Of a stretch of 30,730 nt of DNA, positions 11,050 through 24,250 are shown piece by piece. Position 1 is the stretch's first letter. Each line of letters begins with the position of its first letter. Source of the stretch: Piromyces finnis finn (taxonomy: Eukaryota > Fungi > Neocallimastigomycota); assembly GCA_002104945.1 (NCBI GenBank), contig MCFH01000132.1, positions 1-30,730 of the forward strand, in the 5' to 3' direction. The notes below the pieces were generated by a model. That model was not told the DNA's origin. It made no database searches and saw only the letters and a program-made list of their open reading frames with translations. The translations under genes and the position numbers were made by a program.

Positions 11050-14000
11050 TTTTTATAGAGTATGCAAATAATTGATAAAATTTTATAAAAAAATGATAAA
11101 ACTTTAAAATAATTTTATGGCTATTTTTTCCTATAAGAAAAGTATTCAAATGGAATGTAAAAAAAAAAGTGAAAAAAATTTGAAAAAATTAAAACTTCAA
11201 AATTAAAAGCATGAATTCAATTCTTTATTAATATTTCAATTACTCTTTATAAAATGACTTTATTAATATTTATTTTCTTGATAAAATAATATCAAAACGT
11301 TGAGTTATATCATGTGTATATCATTAAAATAATACTTTTTTATTAATTTATGATATTTATACATATTATATAATAATTAAATTAATAAGCTTTTTCAATT
11401 TTTATAATTTCTTTTTATTTAAACTTTTTTCAAGTAAAATTTTAAAAAATATTGAAATTTTTTGAAAAATTTTCAAAGTTTGAATTTTTCATTAAATTTT
11501 TTAATTAATTAATTAATTAATTAATTATTCATCGTCCATTTAAAAAAATTTGATCTGAAAAAAAAATGCATTTGAACATTGACACAAAAAAACTTAAACT
11601 TTTTTTTAAAATTTTTACACTTAAGGAAATACTTTATTTTTTATAATTATTTTTTATTATATTTTATTTATTTTTTATTTATATTTTATTCTTAAAAATG
11701 AATTATTACATGTTTTTTTTTATAAATATAAATAATAAAAATATATAAAACAAAAACTAAAAAGAAAAAAGAATAAAAAATAATTATTATTTATACATTA
11801 AAAATCCATTGATCATGATCAATATATCTATTAAAATATTTAAGAAATTCATGGTTTTTTATTGTTGTAGATAATATGTAAGTATTTTTATCATCTCCTC
11901 CTGCTTTTTTTAATTCTTTTAAAATATATTTTACCTTTTGTTCTGATGATCTTTTATCAATAACAAAGAGATTTTCAATAATTTTATAGTTGTCGTTCTT
12001 CAAGGCGAAAGTATACCATTCATCTTGAAAATCGTTGTAATGAAGAAATTCCTTTACCAATAATAAAAATGTTTTATTCTTCTTTTCTTTTATTAATAAT
12101 TTTAATATATATTGAGGTATATTTAACTTTTCAATTTTTTTAAATTTATTTTTTAATATTTCAATAATGTAATCGAAATTTTCATACGAAAAGTTTTTTT
12201 GATGAATTAAAAATTGTATCACATTGTTGAAGGAATTGTCCTTATCCAAAAATCTATAATTAATATCCGCACCTTTAGAAATAAGAAAGGTGCACACATC
12301 TCTTCTATTTATTAATAATGTATAAATGACTAAAGGTACTGATTCATTAATTAATGAATTTGGAATCTCATAATTGAAATTGGTGTATGAGAATAAGCTT
12401 ATTATTTTTTTAAGTGAATCAATAGAAAATCCTGAAGTAATACAATTTGTTAATACGTCATAATCTGAAGAGTTTATATCGCTTATTAATATTTCATTTT
12501 CTTGATAAAAATAAAATATTCTTTCCATATTTCCGTTCTTTATGAATTGACTTAATTCCATTCTTTTCTTAATCAAAATTTTATTCAAATATCTGTTAAG
12601 ATGATTAATATCTAATATATTATTTAAGAAAATATTTTTATACTTATAGTTAATTATGAATTCATATAATTTAAGGGAGAATCCAGGATATATTATATCA
12701 TTATTATTATCCATTATGAATTCAATTTTTTCTCTAATTGAACTTGGAATATCATAACATGAAAAAAATTTTAATTGATCAAATGAACTACAATAAATAC
12801 ACCTATAGTACCATTGATATGGTACATCAAAATTTCTTTCATTAATAATTATTTTATCAAATTGATCTTTCGATATGCTTTTTTTTGATTGGTATATTTT
12901 AAGTAATTTAATAACAAAGTTTTTATCGCACTTATATTTGATATATTTGGATGCTAAATTGAAGTTAAAACTATAATCGTAAATATAATCTTTAATCTCC
13001 ATTATATTCCAATTTTTGTTTAAAAGATATGAAAGAACTTTTGTGGTAAGTAAATTTTTTTCAATTAATAATTTGACTATATTAATATTGTGTTGAGTAA
13101 AATTAATATCGCCCCCTTTGCTGATAATGAAATCTGCAATTTTAAAATGATTGTTAGCAATTGCAGAGTATAATGGGGACTTTATTTCACCATTTTTGAA
13201 AATGATGAACTTGTTAAGCGGATAATTCTTTTTTTCAATTAATAAATCTAAATATGCAATTGGAACATTGTATTCAATTGCAGAAATGACCTCATCAAAA
13301 TCTTTTTCCTCAATTAAATGGTTTGGTTGAATCATTTCATTTGATACTTCTATATCCTCAAATAACTCTACATCTGAAGTGTAAGAATTATTTGACAAGA
13401 TCATTGTTGAAGTTTCAGTACTATCAATTTCAAAAGATGACATTTTTTTTATAATTTAAACGATTTTTATTGTGCTTACGTGTTTTTTAAAAATAATAAT
13501 TTATTTTGTTAAATTGTAAAAACAAGACAATAAATTTAAAAAATAAAAATGATAACAATATAATTATATTTACAATAAATAACATTTTAAACTTTTTTTA
13601 ATAATTAATATTCATTGATTTAAAATGATTCGTTAATTAAAATATCCTCAATAAATAAAGTTATACTTTCTTTTTTCTTATCTCTTTACAGTTTTAATTT
13701 TATTTTTTATTTTTAATATTATTATAAGTTATTTAATTAATATTATAATATATAAATATTAGATATTAGATATTATATATTAGGTTTTTTTAAGATATCA
13801 CATTTTTAAATGGATCAACCATTTTTAAGATTTAAATAAAAAAAAAACTATTTTTTCAATTCAAAGATCATATTAATTAATTTTTTTTTAATATTTAAAA
13901 AATATTTTAAAAAAACTTTTATAAAATATGATAATAAATTTCAATAATAATTACCTATTATTTAAACTTATTATTTATTTTAATATTATATTTTTTTTTA

Positions 14001-14800
14001 TTAATATAAAATTATGAACTTTTTTTTTATTATAATAATCCCCTTTCATTTGTAGTTTCAAAAAATTTCAAGGGATAATATTCCAACCTACTTGAAATAT
14101 ATTTATTATTATCCATAATAATATGGTAAATATTAATTTCATTCAAAATATAATTTGCTTTTTATCATAAACATCTATATAAATTCAATGTATCTTTATC
14201 GTCAGTATTTTTTTTAACATTCTATTTAATTCATATGAATTATGAATTCATAAATATAATATATTAATTGTTTATTACGCATTGATACATTGTTATAATT
14301 TAGTTAATATTTAAAAAAAAAATAAAAGTGAATCTCAGTTTATTTATTTTTAAAAAAATTTATGACTTAAACAACAAAAACTAATTGTAATCTTAGGTAG
14401 AATAATAATATTTTAAAAGAAATAACGGTTTCCTCTATTTCTATATGTAATTCGATAGATTCTGAAAATCTATCAACAGGAAAAAATTTTTATCCCATAT
14501 TTTAATGTTTTATTTCTCTACATTTTTTACTATCCTCTTTTATAGGCATTTTAATATTAATTATTATAAATTTAAAATCTTTAGTTTTATCAATGAATTA
14601 AAAATATTCAAATATAGTTATTTAGTATATATTAGATAATGTTGAACTAATATCTGTTGATAATATATTTATATAATTTTTTTTTTTTTTTTTTTTTTTT
14701 TTTGAATATTAATAATAAAGATATGTAATTTTTATTTATTAATAGCTTTAATTTAATTAAATTACATTATATATAAAAAATTAAATAATAAAATATATAA
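11050..14800. repeat. Segmental duplication copy A (ankyrin gene plus both flanks); pairs with 20130-23860
   Basis: Shared non-coding blocks, e.g. TTAATTATTCATCGTCCATTTAAAAAA (11521 / 21024), ATGATTCGTTAATTAAAATATC (13625 / 23069), CATTTTTAAATGGATCAACCATTTTTAA (13801 / 23198) and ATATAGTTATTTAGTATATATT (14622 / 23689). Boundaries approximate. Confidence 0.9.
11791..13443 (-). CDS. 550-aa intronless ankyrin-repeat-like protein with two copies of the family module
   Basis: Intact long ORF. Module 1: EVISAIEYNVPIAYLDLLI...KSPLYSAIANNHFKIADFIISKGGDINF. Module 2: DVLTNCITSGFSIDSLKKII...PLVIYTLLINRRDVCTFLISKGADINY. Confidence 0.88.
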   Translation of the reverse strand: MSSFEIDSTETSTMILSNNSYTSDVELFEDIEVSNEMIQPNHLIEEKDFDEVISAIEYNVPIAYLDLLIEKKNYPLNKFIIFKNGEIKSPLYSAIANNHFKIADFIISKGGDINFTQHNINIVKLLIEKNLLTTKVLSYLLNKNWNIMEIKDYIYDYSFNFNLASKYIKYKCDKNFVIKLLKIYQSKKSISKDQFDKIIINERNFDVPYQWYYRCIYCSSFDQLKFFSCYDIPSSIREKIEFIMDNNNDIIYPGFSLKLYEFIINYKYKNIFLNNILDINHLNRYLNKILIKKRMELSQFIKNGNMERIFYFYQENEILISDINSSDYDVLTNCITSGFSIDSLKKIISLFSYTNFNYEIPNSLINESVPLVIYTLLINRRDVCTFLISKGADINYRFLDKDNSFNNVIQFLIHQKNFSYENFDYIIEILKNKFKKIEKLNIPQYILKLLIKEKKNKTFLLLVKEFLHYNDFQDEWYTFALKNDNYKIIENLFVIDKRSSEQKVKYILKELKKAGGDDKNTYILSTTIKNHEFLKYFNRYIDHDQWIFNV

Positions 14801-14819
14801 GAATTTTTTGGATTGAAAT

Positions 14820-17150
14820 GAAAAGACTGACACTTTCTTCCCTTTTACGAAATCTAAATTGTTTGTCTAATGAAATTATTTTTAAGACCATATTTTAAAA
14901 TTCTAGTGGTGGCAATTTTCGAGATCAACTTAATACCATTATTGATAAGTGATATGTCTTGGTAATTATCACAATCTGTCAAGTCTTCCTTCTTAGGAAT
15001 AGAAACAATATTGGATTCATAAATTATTCATAAATTATCCATCCCAAATACGGTTGAATAAAATTTAAACCATTAGTATCAATATCTGAAGTGACATTAT
15101 CAGAAGAATTATTATTTGTAACATTATTAGAATCATTATTTGAAGAAATTTATACCTTGTAAAAATTAATTGGAACACCATCCAAACCCGATGCTTTATA
15201 ATTAGGAGTAGAGAGGATAGCTGACTTGACTTTATTAATACTAATATCTTGGCTGATATTCCATTTATCAAACATAGAGAGTGAAAAACGCTTATTTATT
15301 GATTCTTCATACCAATGCTCCAAATCAAGACTTACACCATTTGGATCAGATGCAAGATTTTCGAAATAGTCATGTTAAACCTCTAGTTGTTCTTTCGTAA
15401 CAACAACTAAATCTCCACTTTTATTTTTAGTTGGTTGAGCAGTAAAGAAAGTATCTTTTCCAAATTTTGCAGTTTTCTTGATCCATTTCCAGGCCTTCTT
15501 TGGATTATGCCTTTTTATATACTCACATCCTTTTTTAATCCAATTAAGTTCCTATAATTATTACATCTTTTGTGAATGTAATTGATGAGCTTAGGGTAGA
15601 TTTTAATCCTTTTAATAAATTCTTCTATACCATAAACTCTTTCTTTTTTAAATTTCCTATACAGCTTCATTTTGATTTTTTGGAGATTAAAAATTTGTTG
15701 TGAAATATGAAATGAAGATTTTATAACATTATTTTATAAAATAATACTGAGCTCATCTGCAATTGAAAAAGCAGATGAAGTAAACTCATTGGAAAGTTCA
15801 TCTGTAGAAACATTAGGATCGTTGAGTTTTGCTGAAAGTATTTGGAATTTATTATGACTGAGAATAGATTCCTTTTCTTCAAAACATTTTAATCTATTCC
15901 ATTTCAGAATTTTCATAGGAACATTAAAGTCATTAGAAAAATCATTCATAGGAATAATTTTATCATTAATAAGGAGTGGCTTATGATCTTATACAGGATA
16001 AAAATCATCTATAAATGATCCTGAGTGAATAAGATCTTTCATCTTCGAATTGACATGAGCATAATCAATGTCGGGTGATTGATTACTTCAAGTCCAAGAG
16101 ATAGAAGAATCTTTAAGTGGAAGTACTTCTCAATCTCCTAATTCATTAGATGATAACCAGTTGGATAATTTTACTTTAGACATATTAAAATCACCAACAA
16201 GAATCAATGGATGATATGAATGAAATTGAAACCACAAGCGTACTTCTAACTTTGTATGATCAACATAGATGTAGTAATGACAATGAGGCATATAAAAATA
16301 TCCAATCGAGCATTTGAATCTATTCCAAAGGCTAAAAGTATAAATAGAAATAATATACTTTTCTGAGTAGTTTTCAAGTGAGGCTTGTCACGAATTGTAA
16401 ATACCTAAATATAAACTTCTCATGCTGGCCACTGATTCATCGGTTTTCTTGAACATGTGTCTATGGTTTCGTAAAGTAACACGACAAGAATACTCTGTAT
16501 TCGATCCATAATCATTATCAGTTTCTTGAAAACATAAAAATAATAGTTTAAAAATAGTTGTGAAATAACTAATACTATATCTTTTTTCGTGATTCCACCC
16601 ATTGGTATTCTAACTAGGACAAAACAAAAAGTTATTAGGCTTGTTGGATGAGAAAGAATTGTTGCTATTATTATTATTATAGTCATCATTATTAATGAAT
16701 GATGCAACAGAGGAATTAGTTGAACTATTATTAGATGGCTGTGTAACTGAAGAACTATCAACTATTGAACTGTTATCGGAGTTGATTGAACTATCAGAAA
16801 TAACTGTTGAATGTTGAGGCTGAAACTGTGTTTGTTGTAGTTCTGGAATATCTTCATGTTGAAAATCCTGTTGCAGATCTTGTTGAAGTTGGATTTGATT
16901 AGATTGATGATATGAATATTAATAAGATTGTTGAATTGACTGTTGAATTGTTTGTTGATGTTCATTAAAAACTAAAAATTTATGTTTGAGTGAAGAAAAA
17001 AAATGCATTTGTGATTCCTTCTACTACGAGCTGAAAAGGAAATTGAAGCAATGGAAAGTTTCTTTCTTAAGATGTGTAAGATTTTATTCCAGTCTTTCGT
17101 TGAACCATGAACCTTGACTAAAAAAAGTGATCATTGAAATTCTTATATTG
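14820..17150 (-). mobile_element. LINE (non-LTR retrotransposon) relic: basic/Q-rich/S-rich leader, APE endonuclease, first part of RT; truncated mid-RT
   Basis: S*NTNG (16598-16615, TGG to TAG), LCFQET (16520-16537), LILVGDFN (16184-16207), IDY (16061-16069), *DH (15983-15991, TCA to TAA), KASGLDG (15117-15137), IVSIPKKEDLTDCDNYQDISLIN (about 14940-15010), QFxFRKREE (14835-14865). Confidence 0.9.
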
Positions 17151-18018
17151 ATATTTATTCCATACTTGAATAATATTTTTAGAATTTCTTTATTTCTAAG
17201 TCAAAAAAGTTATATGTAATTAAGTTATTGTTTCATTTTTATTTACACTGACGATTTTTAAATATTTCATTGCATATTTTAAAATATATTAAAATTGAGA
17301 ATAGAATTGGATTTATGTTTTGTTTTGCTTTGTTTTTTTTTTTTTTTTTTTTTTTTTACTAATATTAATTTAAAATCTCGCTTTAATACTTCCTATTATA
17401 TTATTATAATAAAACCATTATCCTATTTAAAATATTTCACAAATTCATAATCTCTTTCACATTCATAATTTTCAAATAGTTCTTTCAATATGCTTTTCAA
17501 TATTTTTTTTTCCTTTTGAATTAATAAACAGTTTAATAACTTTAAATCTTAAGAATTAAAATATCTCTATTTATACAAATCATATATATTTAGATTGTAT
17601 TACTATTGTATATTTTTCATTTTTATAATAATCATTGTTCATTTCTATCTATATATATTATGTTTTATAACATGAGTTATATTAATATTATCATTTCATT
17701 ATAAAATTGAAAAAGATAAAATGATATTTATCCCATTTATATTTATATAAAAAGACCATTTTTACAATGTTCAAATTCTTTTCTTAACAAAAAAAAAAAA
17801 AATGAAAATTTATTTATAATTAAATTTTATAAAACATTTTGCCACCAATCATATTTTAATATAAAAATATTTTTTCAATGAATGTAAGCATATAAATATG
17901 TTTATATAGCTTATAATTTAAAGCAATCTAAATTAATAAATAAATTACAACTACATTTACATAAAAAAATTTAAATTAAGTGTTAATTATGTTAATTATT
18001 GAAGAAAAAACAAAAAAG

Positions 18019-18448
<430 letters not shown>

Positions 18449-18459
18449 AATGAATAAAA

Positions 18460-18960
18460 ATAAAATATAAGTGAAAAAAGAATTATAAGAATAAAAGGAT
18501 TAAAAGTTCATTTTAATTTTTCATATAAATTCCATTATATTACTATATATTATATGTTAAATAAATATTTTTCTTTTTGGGTTTATATAAGTAATTCGAA
18601 ATATTTTATAAAAGAAATTTTAATAAAATTCTTGAATAATTTTTGGCTAATCTTTACTATGTCTTGTATAACTTCTGGTTAAGGTCATTTTTTGCCTGGC
18701 TAAAAAGTGTGGCTAATTCTTCAAATTATCTAGGATAATTACTACATCATCAAGAAAAATATTTAATTGGAATGGACAAAAAAAAAATAAAATTTTAAAA
18801 TCTCATAATTGAATAATTAAAAATATATCTTTAGTTTTCTATTAACATTTCAATTATACTTTTAAAAATAAATTTTCAAAATTTTTATTAAGAAAATAAT
18901 AATAATAAACTTATGTGATATATCATGGGTATATCATTAAAATAATAGATAATAGTTTTT
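18460..18960. repeat. Third, partial and diverged copy of the ankyrin-gene 3' flank
   Basis: Colinear with about 11060-11335 and 20130-20510. Shared motif TGxGxxxTATCxTGxGTAxATCATTAAAATAATA at about 11300, 18915 and 20472; AATATATCTTTA at 18822 and 20379. Confidence 0.6.
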
Positions 18961-19399
18961 ATAAGAAATATTAGTGACCATCAAAGTGACCACTGATATT
19001 ACAATGGAAACCATATATTCATGTTTGTATTTATTGGTTATTATACAGTAAATAGCCTTATGTTAATGATTATTAATTAAATAATAAGTTTATTTTATTT
19101 ATCTATTCAAGTGGTAGAAAAAGTAAACTATTTTAGTTAAATAGTCAATAGTAAAAAAACATTGAAATACTTTAGCGTTAGTATTAATGTATTTTAATAA
19201 TTATAATAATAAAAGAAATAATTATAAATAATTAGTTTTACAAATTTAGTTCATACTAAATATTTTTTAATATTTATTTTTATGTACTTAAATCCAGGGG
19301 TTAAATAATAAAATTTTTTTTTCATATTTTTTTTAAAAAATTTTTAAAATTAAAAAATTTGGAGACTTTCTAAATTATTTATATTTTAAATAAAATTAA

Positions 19400-19745
19400 C
19401 ATTTATTTACATATTCATTTATAAATTTATTTATATATTAATTAATTTATTCAATAATATAGCAGTAGATTTATTCATTCATTTATCTATTAATTAATTG
19501 GTTTTTTCATTAAATTATTCATTTATTCATTTATTAATAATCTCATCCATTAATATATATTATGTATTAATTGATCATTTGCTAATTTATATATTAATTA
19601 ATTAGTTTATTCATTTATTTATATAAAATTTGATTGGTTCTTATATTAATTTATTTAATTAATAATATATTTATTCATTTATATATTTATTTAATTATTA
19701 ATTGTTTTATTCATTTATATATCAATTGATTTATTCATTTATTTA
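19400..19745. repeat. Degenerate low-complexity tandem array of TTTATTCATTTAT-like units
   Basis: TTATTCATT recurs many times at irregular spacing. Confidence 0.7.
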
Positions 19746-20040
19746 ATAATTTTGAAATAATTAAAATTTTAACTTTTCCACATGGCAAATAAAATTTTAT
19801 CTTTTTAAAAATGTAAAAAATTTACCTATATTTATCAATACATAATAAAATATATGTTTAATTATTAAATAGTAGGTCATGGTTCTATAGTACTATGCTA
19901 GTATGTATATGTAGTTAATAATTTAAAGTTAACTCAAAATTTACATTAATAATATATAATCTCTATCTATATTCCTATCAAAAATATTATAATATTAAAT
20001 TTTAATAGGTATTAAAAAAAAAAAATACATTAATTATTAC

Positions 20041-20072
20041 CATCATGACCATCATGACCATCATCATCATCA

Positions 20073-20114
<42 letters not shown>

Positions 20115-20121
20115 TATTATT
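20041..20121. repeat. Compound microsatellite (CATCATGAC)2-(CAT)n-(TAT)n
   Basis: Directly visible. Confidence 0.95.
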
Positions 20122-20745
20122 CAGTATAAAGTTAAAATAAAATATAATAAATATAATGGATTTATCTTATTTAAATAGTAATATACACTCCATTTTCATT
20201 TTATATATAAATTCAATTTTTTAACTTTTTATTATTTTAGAATTTATATAAATATTTCGAAATATTTTAAAAAGAAACAAAAATAAAATTCGTAATTTTT
20301 ACCATAAAGAAAATATTTCAATAAGAAATAAAAGAAAAAAAATGAATTATAGTTGTATAAAATAAAAATTGAAAAAAAAATATATCTTTAATTATTTATT
20401 ATTACTTTGATTATTCTTTAAAAACATATTTTTAATATTATTTTATTAAGTAAATGAGTAATAATAAAATTGTGAGCTATCTTGTGGTAAATCATTAAAA
20501 TAATAGATTATAATTTATCTCTATGTGATTAGGTTAAGTGATTTAATTATAATTATTTTTCAAATTATAGTTTTATTAACTTAAATAATGTATTAATTAA
20601 AAATTAATTATATTTTTATATATGTATATATATTTTAATTTCTAGAATATATGTAAAATTGAACTATTAAGAATATTTTAATGTAATATCATAATTATAT
20701 TTAATTTCTATATTTAACTAATTTGACAATAGTATTACTAAAATT

Positions 20746-20907
20746 AAAATCATGAATATAACAAATAATAGCTCTTTTCTATACTTCAATAAAAAAATGA
20801 ATTATTAGTATATAATTAGAAAATTATATTAAAGTATAGAAAAGAACTATTATTTGTTAATATTCATGATTTTTTCTAATTATATACTAATAATTCATTT
20901 TTTTATT
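20746..20907. repeat. Interleaved inverted repeats A-B-A'-B'
   Basis: 20746-20791 matches the reverse complement of 20827-20873 at 44/47. 20788-20823 matches the reverse complement of 20872-20907 at 36/36 (hand alignment). Confidence 0.93.
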
Positions 20908-21243
20908 AGAGTTTAAAATTTTCTTCTTTCTTTTTATTTAAACTTTTCAACTAAAATTTTAAAAAATATTGAAAATTTTGAAATTTTTGAAAATTTGAAT
21001 TTTTCAAAAATTTTTTTAATTAATTAATTATTCATCGTCCATTTAAAAAATTTGATCTTAAAAAATTGCATTTGATAGTTGATACGAAAAAAACTTAAAC
21101 TTTTTTTTTTAATTTTTATACTTTAAGAAATATTTTTTTTTATAATTATTTTTTATTTATATATTATTTTAAAAATGAACTATTACATGTTTTTTTATTA
21201 ATAAAAATAATATATATATATAAAATTAAATAATAATTATTAT

Positions 21244-22892
21244 TTATACATTAAAGATCCATTCATCATTATCAACATATTTATTAAAATATTTAATAAA
21301 TTCATGATTTTTTATTTTTATAGATAATGTGTAGGCATTTTTATCATCCCCTCCTGCTTTTTTCAATTCTTTTAAAATATATTTCACCTTTTTTTCTGAT
21401 GATCTTTTATCCATAACAAATAAATTTTCAATGATTTTATAATTGTTGTTCTTCAAAGCAAAAGTATACCATTCATTTTGAAAATCATTGTAATGAAGAA
21501 ATTCATTTGCTAATAATAAAAACATTTCATTTCTCTTTTTTTTTATTAATAATTTTAATATATGTTGAGGTATCTTTAATTTTTCAATTTTTTTACATTT
21601 GTTTTTTAATGTTTCAATAATGTAACAGAAATCTTCATAAGATAGATTGTTTTGATGAATTAAAAATTGTATTATAGTGTTGAAGGAATTGTCCTTATCT
21701 AAAAATTTATAATTGATATCCGCACCTTTAGAAATAAGAAAGGTGCAAACATCTCTTCTACTTATTAATAATGAATATACAATTAAAGTTGTTGGTTCAT
21801 TAGTAATTGTGTTTGGAATTTCATAATTGAAATTCGTGTATGAAAATAAGTTAATTATTGTTTTAAGTGAATCAATAGAAAATCCTGAAGTGATACAATT
21901 AGTTAGTACATCATATTCTGAGGAATTTATATCATTTATTAGTATTCCATTTTCTTGATAAAAATAAAATATTCTTTCCATATTTTGGTTTTTTATAATT
22001 TTACTTAATTCCATTCTTTTCTTAGTCAAAATTTTATTTAAGCATCTATTAAGGTTATTAATATCTAATATATTATTTAATAAAATATTTTATATTTATA
22101 TTTAATTAAAAATTCATATAATTTGAGAGAGAATCCAGGATATATTATATCACTATAATTATCCATTATGTATTCAATTTTTTCTTTAATCGAACTTGGA
22201 TATTCATAGCGTGAAAAAAAAATTAATTGATCAAAAGAACTACAATAAATACATCTATAGTACCATTGATATGGTATATTAAAATTTCTTTCATTAATAA
22301 TTATTTTTTCAAATTGATCTTTTGATATACTTTTTTTTGACTGATAAATTTTAAGCAATTTAACAACAAAACTTTTATCACATATATATTTAATATATGT
22401 GGATGCTAAATTGAAACTAAAACCAAAATCATAAAAATAATTTTTAATCATCATGATGTTCCAATTTTTGTTTAAAAGATATAATAAAACTTTAGTAGTG
22501 AATAAATTATTAGTAATTAATAATTTAGCGATGTTCAGGCTATTTTCAGTATAATTAACATTTCCCCCCTTACTTATGATAAAATCAGCAATTTTAAAAT
22601 AATTATTGGCAATTGCAGCGTATAATGGGGATTTTATTTCACCATTTTTGAAAATACTGAACTTATTAATTGGATAATCCTTTTTTTTAATTAATAAGTC
22701 TAAATATGCAATTGGAACATTGTATTCAATTGCAGAAATTACTTCATCAAAATCCTTTTCTTCATTGAGATGATTGAGTTGAACCATTTCATTCGTTACT
22801 TCAATATTCTCAAATAAGTCGGCATCTGAAGTATAAGACTTATTTGATAAGGTCATGGTTGTAGTTATAGTATCAATTTCAAAAGAAAACAT
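21244..22892 (-). CDS. Paralog of the 11791..13443 ankyrin-like gene (549 aa when repaired); -1 frameshift at 22088-22091
   Basis: ORFs 22077..22892 and 21244..22029 are colinear with the 550-aa protein. Copy A reads TAT AAA AAT ATT; copy B lacks one A of that run. Both proteins end ...WIFNV. Confidence 0.85.
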
Positions 22893-23899
22893 TTTTTTTT
22901 AAAATTTTTATTGTGCTTCTGTGTATTTTTAAAAAAATAATATTTTTTTTATTTTATTGTAAAAACGAAATAATAGTTAAAAATAAAAATAAATACAGTA
23001 TATTTTATTTTAACAATAAATAACATATTAAACTTTTTTTTAATAATTAAATTATTCATAACTTTAATATGATTCGTTAATTAAAATATCATTAATAAAT
23101 AAAGTTGTTTTTTTTATATAGTTTTTCTACTTTAATTTTATTTTTAATATTTTATAAAGTAATTTAATTAATACTATTAAATTTTTTAAAATTTCTCATT
23201 TTTTAAATGGATCAACCATTTTTAAAATTGAAATAAGAAATTAAATTTTTTTACAATACAAAATGGATGATATCTATTAAAATATAATTATCAATATCAA
23301 CAATTATTATCAATTATTTAAACTTATTATTTATCTTGACATTACATTATTTTTTAATAATATAATATTATGAACCTTTTTTTATTATTATAATAATTAA
23401 TAATATTATGGCCATAATTAGTGAATTATATCACATATTATAATTTTTATTTTAATTAAAATGTAAAATTCTATTGTTGCCATTATTATTATTATAAAAT
23501 AGTATTAAAATATTTATTAAAGAATATAGGATAATATTATAAATAATAATAAACATATTCAAGTAGGATATTATCTCTTGAGATTTGTTGAAATTACAAA
23601 TGAAAGGGAATACGACATAATAAATTTTTAGAAAGCCTTTAATCTAATAAATGTATTAAAAGGTTATTTGAATATAGAATATAGTTATTTAGTATATATA
23701 TTGGATAATGGTAAACTAAAATGTCTATTGATATTATATTTGTATATTTTTTATATCTTTGACTTTGGTAATATGTAATTTTTATTAATATTTTTAATCA
23801 AATTACATTAAATATGATATAAAAAGAAAATAATAATAAAATATATATAAATAAAAATGAAACATATATGAATAAAGAAAAACTACATAACAAAAAAGA

Positions 23900-24250
23900 G
23901 GATGAAAAGAGCATTTAACTCTTCCCACTCTTCGATACTAATTTTATGTGGATTATTATTATTTATTGTTTAATTTTGTATCTGAATTTCTTCTTTGCCT
24001 TATTCTTTTCGACGTCGATACTCTCAGTAATGGTTGGTCTAATGCTGTACTTAAAGTACTTATACCTATCGATTATTGTGTAAAATTCACAAATTACAAT
24101 TGGTAGAACATTAGTAAGGAATTCTTCAAACCCCACATTATAAAAATATGGGAAAAAAGACTATCGAAGAAGAGATTAAAAATATTATTAATTAATTTAC
24201 TTCTTCCCCAACTAGATGATATTTCGTGTGAACAATTAGTAAGAAATTAA
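23900..24250 (-). mobile_element. Possible 3'-terminal fragment of a LINE ORF
   Basis: More GC than the flanks. Minus frames give PYFYNVGFEEFLTNVLPIV...IDRY...ITESIDVEK/IRQRRNSDTKLNNK* followed by a short (TAA)n. Assignment to a LINE C-terminus is my recollection of similar elements, not verified. Confidence 0.3.

Larger units (their letters stand above)
20130..23860. repeat. Segmental duplication copy B
   Basis: See copy A; same orientation, offset about 9.1-9.5 kb. Confidence 0.9.

Noticed and set aside
14684-14703. Long T runs (also about 5622-5637, 17333-17357, 29221-29240) as retroposon tails
   Set aside because: No TSDs or associated element bodies are identifiable; such runs are common in this AT-rich background.
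19880-19902. Helitron-like 3' end (palindrome ATAGTACTAT followed by CTAG|T)
   Set aside because: The palindrome abuts the CTAG rather than sitting about 10 nt upstream, it is AT-rich, and no matching 5' TC end or second copy is visible.
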